DNA from: an uncultured Flavobacteriaceae bacterium
Lineage (GTDB): Bacteria > Bacteroidota > Bacteroidia > Flavobacteriales > Weeksellaceae
DNA length: 64,000 bases
Reading direction: 5' to 3'
Assembly (NCBI GenBank): GCA_963506915.1
Contig: CAUORE010000006.1
Location: 2,884-66,883 of the forward strand
Below the pieces are notes generated by a model that was given only the letters and a program-made list of their open reading frames with translations, was not told where the DNA came from and did not search any database. The translations under genes were made by a program, and so were the position numbers. Positions 49,149 through 60,300 of the stretch are shown here, in pieces (the stretch's first letter is position 1; each line of letters starts with the position of its first letter).

Positions 49149-49468
49149 TGGCTTGGGTATATTTAATTTTAGCAGGACTCTTCGAAATCGGTTGGCCTAT
49201 CGGTCTAAAATTGGCTGGAAATGAAAACTTCCGCTGGCAGGGAATGACCATAGCGGTAGTATGTATGGGAGTGAGTAGTGCTCTGCTTTGGGTGGCACAG
49301 AAAACAATTCCTATGGGTACAGCCTATGGCGTTTGGACTGGTATAGGAGCGGTAGGAGCGTTTGTAGTGGGAGTAGTGTTTTATAATGATGCTCTTACAT
49401 TCATGCGAACACTGGGCATATTGCTCATCATAAGCGGAGTTATCGTGCTAAAATTAGCTTCATCCTAA
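49148..49468 (+). CDS. sugE: SMR-family transporter, SugE/Gdx type
   Basis: 106 aa with four TM helices. MAWVYLILAGLFEIGWPIGLK contains the conserved membrane Glu. Its ATG overlaps the fba stop (TAATG). Confidence 0.85.
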   Translation: MAWVYLILAGLFEIGWPIGLKLAGNENFRWQGMTIAVVCMGVSSALLWVAQKTIPMGTAYGVWTGIGAVGAFVVGVVFYNDALTFMRTLGILLIISGVIVLKLASS

Positions 49469-49480
49469 GAAAATAATAAA

Positions 49481-49517
49481 TCTGGCTGTAAACTTTTTTG
49501 CAGCCAGATATTTTTTG
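49481..49517 (+). terminator. intrinsic terminator after sugE
   Basis: TCTGGCTG (49481-49488) pairs with CAGCCAGA (49501-49508), followed by TATTTTTTG. Confidence 0.6.
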
Positions 49518-49543
49518 TATTTTTAACACCAAAACTAATAACA

Positions 49544-50503
49544 ATGTCAAAATTAGATTATAACATCGCAATGGAACTCGTGAGAGTTACCGAATCTGCG
49601 GCTCTTTCTGCGGCAGCTTTTATAGGAACAGGAGACAAGAATGGAGGGGACAAAGCGGCAGTGGATGGGATGCGTGAATCTCTTCGGTATATAGATGTTC
49701 ATGGAACTATCATCATCGGCGAAGGAGAAAAAGATGATGCACCCATGCTCTACAACGGCGAAACGGTGGGAAATGGAAATGGCCCTCGTGTGGATATCGC
49801 TGTAGATCCAGTGGAGGGGACTAATCTTCTTGCCCTTGGAAGACCCAATGCCATCGCTACGATTGCAGCTTCTGACCAAGGAAGTATGTGGGATCCAGGG
49901 AGTTCCTTTTATATGAATAAACTGGTAGTAGGAGAGAAGGCTAAAAATGCAATAGACATTACCAAATCCATTATAGAAAACCTTAATAGAATAGCAGAGG
50001 CGGAAGGCAAAAAAGTAAATGATTTGATGGTTTATATCTTGGATAAACCTCGCCACAAGGCTATGATAGAGGAAATTAGAAAAGCAGGCGCAAGGATTAC
50101 ACTACATACAGATGGAGATGTTTTGGGGGCGCTTTTAGCGGCAATGCCAGACACGGGCGTGGATGTATTGATGGGAATAGGCGGTACGCCAGAGGGAGTT
50201 TTGGCGGCGTGTGCAGTGAAAGCCCTTAACGGCGGTATGCAGGGAATGAGAGCGCCACAGCTGGAATCTGAAATAACCAATTTGAAAAAAGAAAATATTG
50301 ACATCAGTGAAGTCATACATTTAGATACATTGATAAAGTCTGAAAATGCTGTTTTTTCTGCGACAGGCATCACAAGTGGAGGCTATCTGGATGGAGTTAA
50401 ATTCCATGAAAACGGAACTATTACTACTAAAAGTGTAGTTATCAGCGCTAAATCTGGCTCTATAAGATTCATAGAAGGAATTCATAAAGGAATAAATCAC
50501 TAA
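49544..50503 (+). CDS. glpX: class II fructose-1,6-bisphosphatase (GlpX; family also acts on sedoheptulose-1,7-bisphosphate)
   Basis: 319 aa with ELVRVTESAALSAA...GDKNGGDKAAVDGMR, DPVEGTN and GIGGTPEGVLAA. Confidence 0.9.
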   Translation: MSKLDYNIAMELVRVTESAALSAAAFIGTGDKNGGDKAAVDGMRESLRYIDVHGTIIIGEGEKDDAPMLYNGETVGNGNGPRVDIAVDPVEGTNLLALGRPNAIATIAASDQGSMWDPGSSFYMNKLVVGEKAKNAIDITKSIIENLNRIAEAEGKKVNDLMVYILDKPRHKAMIEEIRKAGARITLHTDGDVLGALLAAMPDTGVDVLMGIGGTPEGVLAACAVKALNGGMQGMRAPQLESEITNLKKENIDISEVIHLDTLIKSENAVFSATGITSGGYLDGVKFHENGTITTKSVVISAKSGSIRFIEGIHKGINH

Positions 50504-50514
50504 AAAAATAAACC

Positions 50515-51180
50515 ATGAAAAAAGAGAAAAAAATATCACCATCTCTGCTGTCTGCGGATTTTTGTAATTTGAGTAGAGATATCCATATGCTGGAAAGTGC
50601 TGGTGCAGACCTTCTGCATATAGATGTGATGGATGGACATTTTGTCCCAAATATTACCATAGGAATTCCCGTAGTGGAAGCGATTAAGAAAAATTCTTCT
50701 ATTCCCTGCGATGTTCATCTTATGATAGAAAAACCAGAGCGATATGTGGATGATTTTGTAAAGGCGGGGGCGGATTATCTTACTATTCATGCTGAGGCTT
50801 GTACACATCTTCACCGAACATTACAGCATATCAGAAGCTTAGGCTGTAAAAGTGGAGTCGCTCTAAATCCTCACACGAGTTTGAGCGCTATAGAAGAAGT
50901 ATTGGAGGAAATAGATTTGGTGTTGATAATGTCTGTAAACCCAGGTTTTGGTGGGCAGTCTTTTATCCCTAATGCATTAAGTAAAATAAAAAGATTGAAA
51001 CAAATGATTATGGAAAAAGGCTATAATCATATAGAAATAGAAGTAGATGGAGGCATAAAACTTAATAATATTCAGGAAGTTGCTGAGGCTGGAGCGGATA
51101 TTATAGTTTCTGGGTCTGGGATTTTTAATGGAAAACCAGCAGAAACCATCGCTGAAATGAAAAAAATAATAAACGGATAA
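50515..51180 (+). CDS. rpe: ribulose-phosphate 3-epimerase
   Basis: 221 aa with PSLLSADF, HIDVMDGHFVPN, MSVNPGFGGQSF and VDGGI. Confidence 0.92.
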   Translation: MKKEKKISPSLLSADFCNLSRDIHMLESAGADLLHIDVMDGHFVPNITIGIPVVEAIKKNSSIPCDVHLMIEKPERYVDDFVKAGADYLTIHAEACTHLHRTLQHIRSLGCKSGVALNPHTSLSAIEEVLEEIDLVLIMSVNPGFGGQSFIPNALSKIKRLKQMIMEKGYNHIEIEVDGGIKLNNIQEVAEAGADIIVSGSGIFNGKPAETIAEMKKIING

Positions 51181-51290
51181 GAGTTTAAAAGTGTCTTTTT
51201 CCTTTATTTAAGGGCTTTTTCCTTTAAAAAATGAATTTGGCATTTATTTTGTATAGAATAAAACATCAATAACTATTAAATATTGTAAAA

Positions 51291-51815
51291 ATGAAAAAGT
51301 TATTTTTAACAGGTGCTTTAGCACTTTTTGGATTGATGAATGCTCAAAAAACTGAATCTGGAATTAGATTAGGTGTAAATGCAGGTATACCAGTTGGAGA
51401 TTTTGGTAAATTTACTACTTTTACAGCAGGTGTAGATTTAGCATACCTTTATCCATTGGCAGAGAACTTCAGATTAGGGGTTGCTACAGGATATTCTCAC
51501 TATTTTGGTAAAAAAACAAAAACAGATTTAATTCTTGTAACTCTTAAAAATGAAGTGCCTGATGTTGGAATAATTCCAATAGCTGCTACAGCAGAATTTA
51601 CTTTAGGTGATTCTAATGTTTTCTTAGGAGCAGATTTAGGTTATGCATTCTTTACTAAAAAAGACTTTAAAAATGAAAATGGTTCTTTCTATTACCAGCC
51701 TAAGTTAGGGTATTCTTTTGATAAGAGACATGACTTATATTTCTCTTACAAAGGATTTACTAGAAATAATGCAAATGCTGGCTCTATCAATTTAGGATAC
51801 GCATATAATTTTTAA
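51291..51815 (+). CDS. small outer membrane beta-barrel protein
   Basis: 174 aa with a signal peptide (ALALFGLMNAQ), alternating beta strands and the C-terminal segment LGYAYNF. Confidence 0.6.
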   Translation: MKKLFLTGALALFGLMNAQKTESGIRLGVNAGIPVGDFGKFTTFTAGVDLAYLYPLAENFRLGVATGYSHYFGKKTKTDLILVTLKNEVPDVGIIPIAATAEFTLGDSNVFLGADLGYAFFTKKDFKNENGSFYYQPKLGYSFDKRHDLYFSYKGFTRNNANAGSINLGYAYNF

Positions 51816-51834
51816 AACAATTTCATAGTTAAAC

Positions 51835-51868
51835 AAGAAAGACCGAAATATTTTTTCGGTCTTTTTTT
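51835..51868. terminator. bidirectional terminator between convergent genes
   Basis: AAGAAAGACCGAAA pairs with TTTCGGTCTTTTTT, forming a hairpin flanked by A- and T-runs. Confidence 0.65.
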
Positions 51869-51871
51869 GTT

Positions 51872-52573
51872 TTATATAAATTGACAATCAAATACTTCGC
51901 AGAAATGTTTTTTTATTCTATCCTTTACTTCTTCTATATTCACTTTTTGTCCTAGTTCTTGTTCTAGGGAAGCTACCTGTTTGCCCTTTATTCCACAAGG
52001 GATAATGTAGTCAAAATACTTCATGTCGGTATTTATATTAAAAGCGAAGCCGTGCATGGTTACCCATCGGGAAGCCTTTACACCCATGGCGCAGATTTTC
52101 CTAGCGTAGGGTTTTCCTACATCCAGCCAAACGCCAGTTTCGCCTTTTGAGCGGTCGCCATGAAGCCCATAGTCAGCCATAGTTCTTATAATCACTTCCT
52201 CTAAGTTTCTCATATACAGGTGAATATCTGTTACGAAATTTTCTAAATCTAAAATGGGATAGCCTACTATCTGCCCAAATCCGTGGTAGGTAATATCTCC
52301 GCCACGATTGGTTTTTACGAAATCGGCATTTATTTGTTTTAGTTTTTCTGTGTTGATGAGCATATTGTTTTCATCGCCGCTTTTTCCCAGAGTGTAGATG
52401 TGTGGATGCTCTACGAATAAAAAGAAATTAGGTGTAATGATTTGGTTTTCAGAAGGTAGTTCTCTGTTTTTTAGTTTGATGTCAATGATTTTTTGCATCA
52501 GTTCTCCTTGATAGTCCCATGCTTTTTGGTAGTCTATTAGCCCTAAATCCTCAAATTTTATCTGCTTATTCAT
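51872..52573 (-). CDS. lipB: lipoyl(octanoyl) transferase
   Basis: 233 aa with NRGGDITYHGFGQIVGYPI, KICAMGVKASRWVTMHGFAFN. Confidence 0.9.
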   Translation of the reverse strand: MNKQIKFEDLGLIDYQKAWDYQGELMQKIIDIKLKNRELPSENQIITPNFFLFVEHPHIYTLGKSGDENNMLINTEKLKQINADFVKTNRGGDITYHGFGQIVGYPILDLENFVTDIHLYMRNLEEVIIRTMADYGLHGDRSKGETGVWLDVGKPYARKICAMGVKASRWVTMHGFAFNINTDMKYFDYIIPCGIKGKQVASLEQELGQKVNIEEVKDRIKKHFCEVFDCQFI

Positions 52574-52669
52574 GCTTCAAAAATATAAAAAATAAGGCAA
52601 ACGAGAAACTTTAAATTTAACACAGATGATAAATTAAAAATCATATTTTTGTAGAAAATAAAATAAAAA

Positions 52670-53683
52670 ATGTTTACAAAAATATCTATCCATAGAGTAG
52701 GAAATAAAATCAATCAAGAGGGACTTTTTCTTTCGGAGGGAGAATTGATTTTGGATAAGGATATGAGAGAGTTTTTATCAGATTTTTTCATAAAATCCTT
52801 TAAATCAGAAGAGAAATTTCAGTTTTATCATGAATCTAATATAGAAAACAATGAGCTATATACTTATGTTTCGGAGATTTTTGAGGATAAAGACTGGTTT
52901 CATGAACATTCTCAAAAAATAGCCAAATATCTGTATGAAATCACTGATAATCCGAGAGTTTTGTCTGGGGAGTGCTGTGTGGTCTATTTTGAGGATGATT
53001 CAGAGAATGGCGATAAAATGGACTCTCTGGGGATTTTTAAAATGGAGAAAAAGGATACTTTTTTGAAAGTTTTGGCAGAAGATGAAAATTTCCAAGTGAA
53101 TAAGGATTTTGGGTTTAATCTTAGTAAAATAGACAAAGGTTGTATGATTTACAACATTCAGAAGGAAGAGGGTTTTGTGGTGAAGGCTTTTGATAATAAT
53201 AAAAATGGAGATTCTGAATATTGGTTTGATAAGTTCCTGTACATTCGCCAGAGAAATGATGAGTATTTCAGCACTGAGAGCACCCTGAGCCTTTATAAAA
53301 ACTATATAACGAATCAGCTTCCGCAGGAATTCGAGGTTTCGAAGGCTGACCAAGCCGATTTCTTGAACAAGACAATCAATTTTTTCAAAGAAAAAGAGCG
53401 ATTTGATTTTGATGAATTTACTAGTGAGGTTTTGCAGGACAAAAATGTGATAGAGAGTTTTTCTAATTATAAAACCGAATACGAGCAGGAGTTTCAGGTG
53501 GATATCGCAGAGGAATTTCCTATTTCTGAAGCGGCAGTGAAGAAACAGGCAAGAAACTATAAGTCCGTAATAAAACTGGATAAAAACTTCCATATCTATG
53601 TGCATGGCGACCGTAGAAAAATAGAACAGGGCGAGGATGAAAAAGGGAAATTCTATAAGGTTTATTATCAGGAAGAAAATTAA
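52670..53683 (+). CDS. nucleoid-associated protein (NdpA/YejK-like family)
   Basis: 337 aa. The N-terminus ISIHRVGNKINQEGLFLSEGEL and the overall length resemble the 37-kDa nucleoid-associated family as annotated in Bacteroidota. Not verified. Confidence 0.5.
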   Translation: MFTKISIHRVGNKINQEGLFLSEGELILDKDMREFLSDFFIKSFKSEEKFQFYHESNIENNELYTYVSEIFEDKDWFHEHSQKIAKYLYEITDNPRVLSGECCVVYFEDDSENGDKMDSLGIFKMEKKDTFLKVLAEDENFQVNKDFGFNLSKIDKGCMIYNIQKEEGFVVKAFDNNKNGDSEYWFDKFLYIRQRNDEYFSTESTLSLYKNYITNQLPQEFEVSKADQADFLNKTINFFKEKERFDFDEFTSEVLQDKNVIESFSNYKTEYEQEFQVDIAEEFPISEAAVKKQARNYKSVIKLDKNFHIYVHGDRRKIEQGEDEKGKFYKVYYQEEN

Positions 53684-53724
53684 ATTTATTTTGTAACTTT
53701 GTAGGAATTTTAAAAAAAATACAA

Positions 53725-54309
53725 ATGATTTTTTATCTTAGAGGTGTTGTCAGTGAGCTGACTCCTACTTATGCTGTGATGGATGTTGGCGGTGTGGGCT
53801 ATTATGTAGGAATTAGTGTGCAGACATCGCAAAAACTGCATTTAGGAAAAGAATCTACAATATACACTCAGCAGATTATCCGTGAAGATGCCCATTTGCT
53901 TTTTGGTTTTTTTGATAAAGAGGAGAGAGAAATGTTTAATCTTCTCATCAGTGTAAATGGCGTGGGAGCAGTGTCGGCGATGATTTTGCTTTCATCATTA
54001 GAGCTTTCGGATATTGCTCAGGCTATTTTGTCTGGCAACAGCGGAATTCTTCAAAAAGTGAAAGGAATAGGCGCTAAAACGGCAGAGAGAATCATCATAG
54101 ATTTGAGAGATAAAGTTCAGAAATTTGATGGTTTAGAAGCGGGCAGCACAGCGATTCTTGATAATAAAATAAAAGAAGAAGCGTTATCAGCATTAGAGGT
54201 GTTGGGTATTCCAAGAAAGACCAGTGAGAAAATAGCGGACAAGATTTTGAAACAAAATCAAGAAGCGAGTGTAGAAGAGTTGGTAAAACAAGTTTTAAAA
54301 AATATATAA
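53725..54309 (+). CDS. ruvA: Holliday junction branch migration complex subunit RuvA
   Basis: 194 aa with DVGGVGYYV, FGFFDKEEREMFNLLISVNGVGAVSAMILLS and KGIGAKTAERII (HhH motifs). Confidence 0.92.
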   Translation: MIFYLRGVVSELTPTYAVMDVGGVGYYVGISVQTSQKLHLGKESTIYTQQIIREDAHLLFGFFDKEEREMFNLLISVNGVGAVSAMILLSSLELSDIAQAILSGNSGILQKVKGIGAKTAERIIIDLRDKVQKFDGLEAGSTAILDNKIKEEALSALEVLGIPRKTSEKIADKILKQNQEASVEELVKQVLKNI

Positions 54310-54319
54310 GGCAGATTTC

Positions 54320-57300
54320 GTGAAAAAAGCTACTATACTAAAGGCGGCTCCTTTATTTTTCCTTTCATTATTCAGTGATAATGTATGGGCTCAGACAGAA
54401 AAAGAAACCATAGAAAATAAGGAATTTACAATTCCTAATCCCACTCGTTATGAGGCGTTTTATGATATTAAAACAGGGATGTATTATCTCTATCCCAAGA
54501 TAGGGAATCTGGTGGTAGGAGAGCCGCTTACGATGACACCTTTGCAGTATTCACAATATTTACAGAATAAAAATATCCGTGAATTTTTTCGTCAGAAGGC
54601 TGGCGAAGGGACATATGCACAGATAGGCGACAAGGAGGAGGAAGCGAAGAAAAAATCGCTTTTGCCGAATATCACGATTAAAAATCGAATTTTTGAAACT
54701 ATTTTCGGCGGGAACAAGATAGAGCTTATTCCGCAGGGATACGCTACTTTTGACCTTGGTATTTTACATCAAAAAATAGATAATCCACTTATACTTCCTA
54801 ACAACAGAAAATCCTTTACGATAGATGTTCAGCAGAGGATAAATGTAGGAATAGTAGGGAAAGTAGGGGAAAACTTACAGTTGAGAGCCAACTATGATAC
54901 CCAGAGTGGTTTTGCTTTTGAAAATAAAGTAAATCTTGTCTGGACAGGAACGGGAAGTTCTTGGAAAGATGCCCAAGATAAACTATCTAAAAAGCTAAAT
55001 GACAGAAGCAGAGATGATGGCGAGGATAGAATTATCAAAAAAGTGGAGGTTGGGAATATCAACATGCCTCTTTCCACGAGTTTGATTAGAGGTTCTGAGT
55101 CTCTTTTTGGGATAAAAACAGAGTTTCAGCTAGGGAAAACTACAGGGACACTTGTCTTTTCACAACAGCAGGGCGAGGTGCAGACCGTAGTTGCACAAAA
55201 TGGAGGAACATCCAAAAGCTTTAAAATCAATGCAGTAGACTACGAGGATAATCAGCACTTTTTCATTGGGCAGTATTTTAATAATCACTATGATGGAGCA
55301 TTGTTACAATATCCTCTTATCAACTCTAAAATAGCGATTAACAGGATAGAAGTATGGGTGCTGGACCAAGGGTCTGGTGACCTCCAATCGCAGAAAACTA
55401 TAGTGGGTGTCAGAGACTTAGGGGAAGGGGCTCTTACGGCTTACCCTGATAACTCTGTGAATAGTGTTTATCAAGATGTTTCCAATTTAACAGGAATCCG
55501 TGATGTAACCACAGCGTATAATTCCATTAAAAATCAATCTCTCTATGATGCAGCTACTGGAACCAACCAGCCATATCAGGAGGGAGAAAATTTTATTTTT
55601 AATAGAAGAGCCAGAAAACTTAGCGAAAGTGAGTTTAGGTATCATCCACAGTTGGGATATATTTCCCTAAATCAAAGATTAAATGATAATCAGCTCCTTG
55701 CGGTATCTTTCTCATATACTGTAAATGGAGATGACTCTAAAGTGTATAAAGTAGGGGAGTTTTCAGAAGATAACTCTACTGTATTGATAACGAAATTGCT
55801 TAAACCCAATACCGTTACCAAAACCACATCTCCTATGTGGGATCTCATGATGAAGAATATCTATCCTCTGGATGGAACACAGATTTCTTCTCAGGATTTC
55901 TTCATGAATGTTTACTATCGTGACCCATCAAATGGTAAGGTCAGCTATCTACCAGGAACGGGCGTTCAGGATATTAACTTGCTGAAATTGTTCAACTGGG
56001 ATAGGCTAAATTCTAATGGAGACTTACAGCAGGATGGCGACGGGCAGTTTGACTTTGTCCCAGGGCTGACCATTGATGAGAATAATGGTAAATTGATATT
56101 TACTAAAACACAGCCGTTTGGTAAGTATATAGAAAATGTTTTGGGGGGACACGACCCTAAATTTGTCTTTTCTGACTTATATACACAGCTGAAATCTGTG
56201 GCTACACAGGCTAATTTGGCTCAGAGATATACATTAGAAGGGAGATTCAAAGGCTCTGGAGCTCAGGGAATAGCACTGGGTGCGGTGAATATTCCGAAAG
56301 GCTCTGTGAAAGTAACTTCCAACGGCGTAGAACTCGTGGAAGGCGTGGACTACACGGTGGACTATTTGCTGGGAACGGTTACGATTATCAATGAAATGAT
56401 TAAACAATCTGGGCAGGCTATCAGTGTGAGTCTGGAAAACCAGTTGGCATTTAATACACAGAAAAAAAGGTTCATTGGGCTTAATTTAGAAAGGAAAATC
56501 AGTGATAATTTCCTTATCGGAGCCACGATGGTTAATTACAGAGAAACGCCTTTGACTCATAAAGTCCAGCTCGGGCAGGAAGCAGTGAATAATACCATGC
56601 TTGGAATGAATATAGCCTATAATAATGAGGCTCCGTTCCTTACGAGATTGACAAACAAAATCCCGCTAGTTAATACAGATACAAAATCTAATATCAGTTT
56701 CCGAGCAGAGGCGGCTTACCTTATCCCAGGTGAAAACAGCAATATGCAAAATCAATCTTATATAGATGATTTTGAGCAGGCTACTTCTCGTATTTCTTTG
56801 AAAGAGCCTTCTATGTGGAGTTTGGCTTCTAAACCAGAGCAAAATACGAGCGACCCTATATTTAATACAGCTGGTTTAAGTAATAACTTGACCTATGGCT
56901 ATGGAAGAGGTCTTATTTCTTGGTATAATATAGACCCTAGGTTCTATGGAGTAGGCGGGTCTGTACCTAATGGAGTAAGTGCGCAGAGTCTATCTAACCA
57001 CGCCTCACGAAGAGTGCATCAGGGAGAATTATACACGATAAAAGACTATGTAGCAGGAGAAGAAAGTTTCCTGAATACTTTTGATATTTCATACTATCCG
57101 ACAGAAAGAGGGCCTTATAACTTTAATCCATCAGAAACAACACAAGATAGATGGGGAGGACTTATGCGGTCAATTTCTGTTTCTAACTTTGTGAATTCTA
57201 ATATAGAATATGTAGAGTTCTGGATGATGGATCCGTATGCAGATGGTGGAACATTAGGAACAAATCCTAAGTTATTGCTACATCTTGGTAATGTTTCTGA

Positions 57301-60300
57301 AGATGTCCTAAAAGATGGCGTTTTACAATACGAAAATGGACTTCCTACGAGTTCAGACCCAGCCAATGTTACGACTACCAACTGGGGTAATCAGCCTAAA
57401 CAAGCGCCTGTGCTCTATGCATTCTCATCAGAGGGAGCGGAGCGGTCTACGCAGGATTTAGGGTATGATGGGCTTGATAATCAGTCGGAAGCAGCGAAAT
57501 TCGGGACTTCGTTTGTAAATCCTGTGACTAATGCTGTAGACCCTGCGTCTGATGACTTCGTATTTCCTTTGTCTAATAAATTCCAAGGCGCGCAGGCAGG
57601 CTCGCTGGTGGAACGATACAGATATTTTAGAAACCCAGATGGAAACTCGGAAGCCAATTCATTAGAAGTTGCCACGCAAACTCCTGATGCAGAGGATGTA
57701 AATAGAGACTTTAACCTTGACCAAAACGAAAGCTATAACCAGTATACAGTAAAGCTGGATAGAGCAAGTTTGGTTTTAGGACAAAATAATATAGTGGATG
57801 TAAAGGAAGTTTCCACAAGATTCCAAGACGGAAGGTCTGGAACCAATAAATGGTATCTTTTCCGTATTCCAGTAAGCCAGTTTGATACCACAGCAGGCGA
57901 ACGCAGTACAGATGTGCTGAACAATGTTCGTTTCATGAGAATGGTTCTTACAGGTTTTGATGAGACTACTACGCTTAGATTTGGTAGCTTGGATTTGGTT
58001 CGTTCTGATTGGAGAAGATACACCAAACCACTCGCTGTAGATGCTACCACGAACGAAGGTTTTGGAACGGTAAATACGGATAATCTAGAAATAGGAAGTG
58101 TAAACTTGGAAGAGAATGGACAGGGAACGCCTCCATATGTGCTGCCTCCAGGAATAGACCGAGAGGTTTTGAGCGGAACGGCTGGTACACAGAGACAAAA
58201 TGAAGGCTCTCTCTACATGAAAGTAACAGGGCTGAGTAATGATGCTCGTGGGGTGTTTAAAAATACCACACTAGATTTGCGTAGGTATGAAAAGCTGGAA
58301 ATGTTTGTTCATGCCCAAGATTTGAGAAATCTGACCTCTACGGCTCTGGATGATAAAACTAAGTTCTTTATCCGTTTTGGTAGTGATGCTACGGATAACT
58401 ACTATGAATACGAGGCTTCCCTTAAATATACTTCTTCTAACAGCAGAACGCCTTATGAAATCTGGCCTGCAGAAAATATGGTAAGTCTGGAATTAACTGA
58501 ACTAACCGCTATTAAAGGAAGAAGAGATAGAAATGGTGCTCCTGCAGATACTAGGTATACAGACGGAAACTATGGTGATGCCAATAAGAAGATTTATGTA
58601 AAAGGTCGCCCAAGTATAGGGAATATCAGTACCATGGTATTAGGGGTAAGAAACCAAGATACATCTAGTGTGTCCAAAGATATTTTGCTTTGGGTGAATG
58701 AAATCCGTGCTTCTGGAATTAAGAACCAAGGAGGATACGCAGCAAATGCCAATTTGACTTTCAATTTGGGTGATTTTGCGATGGTTAATGCCAGTGGGTC
58801 TGTGTCTACAGTCGGCTTCGGGACTATTGTCCAAAAACCATCAGAAAGGTCACAGACGGATAATACTACTTTACACATCAGCACTACGGTGAATTTGGAT
58901 AAATTCCTACCTGAGAAAGCAGGAATGAAAATTCCATTTAACTACTCCTATACACAGAGCATAGAAGACCCTAAATATAATCCGCTGGATAATGATGTAG
59001 AACTGAAAAACAGCCCAGTAAGAGACCAGCTGAAAAAAATAGTGAGAACCTACTCTCAGCAGAGAAGTATAGGTGTGGTCAATATGCAGAAACAGAGAAT
59101 GAACTCTGAGAAAAAATCCAAATTCTACGATGTAGAAAACCTTTCCCTTACGGCTGTTTATAATGATGATTTTTATAGAGATGTCTATACGACTAGGAAT
59201 TATCGCCAGTATTTCAAGGGGTATTTGGATTATAATTTTAATTTTAAACCTTGGGTGATACGGCCGTTTAATAAGTTGATAAGTGACACATCCAAAGCAG
59301 CTAAATATTTAAATTGGATAAAAGAAGTTAATTTTAACCCAATTCCTACTCGATTATCTTTCAGAGCGGAGCTGGATAGAACATATAGTGAGCTTCAGTA
59401 TAGAAATATAGATGCGCTGCTGACAGGTACTCCAGGGGATGATTTCCAAATGATAAAGGGAAGAACCTTCTATTTCGGATGGCAGTATAATCTTGGATTT
59501 AATTTTACTAAGTCTCTGAAATTGGATATCAACTCGTATACCCGAACGCTCAATGACCATATTTCTGTAAATGGAATGAATAATCGCTCTATTTTTAGAG
59601 ATTTGTTCCGTGCAGGAAGACCTGTTTTGTATAACCACAAAGTACAGCTTAATTATAAGTTGCCGTTTGAGCATTTCCCATATTTAGATTTTATCAATGC
59701 TGAGGTGGGATATGGCTTCCAGTATAACTGGTCGGCTCGTTCTACGGTTCTTTCTCAGCAGGATTTAGGGAATTTAGCCCAAAATAATAATAATACCGTG
59801 GTTGCGGCTTCTGTGGATATTCCGAGTTTATTCTCTAAATTTAAGTATTTCCAAAAACTGGAGAATACGATGCAGCAGAGAAGAGCAGAGATAGAGGCAA
59901 TGGAAAAAAACAATGCAGAGACAGCCACTAGAAAAAATAGTGAAAATAGAATCACTACCCTCAAAAATAGGCTGACTCCATTACAAGCTGTTCTTTATGG
60001 AATTACATCTTCGCTAAAGCAGGTTGATTTTAACTATAATGAAACCAATGGAACCTCTCTCCCAGGGATACTTTCATCTCCGAATTTCTATGGATATGGA
60101 CAGGGGATAGGAGGGCCTACATATGGATTCTTGCTTGGTTCTCAAGCGGATATCCGTAGGGTGATGATAGAGCGTGGCTGGGTAACAGGTTCGGACTTGA
60201 TGACAGAATCCTATGTGCAGATGCAGACTAAGGCTATCACAGGAAGCATCCAAATTCAGCCGATGAATGATTTGAAGATAGACCTAAATTTCCTTAAAAA

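Noticed and set aside
46186-51180. Calling the tkt-fba-glpX-rpe region a horizontally acquired island from its apparently higher GC.
   Set aside because: I cannot compute composition reliably here. Other highly expressed native genes (dnaK, the ompA-like gene) look similarly GC-enriched, so codon bias could explain it. There are no flanking repeats or mobility genes.
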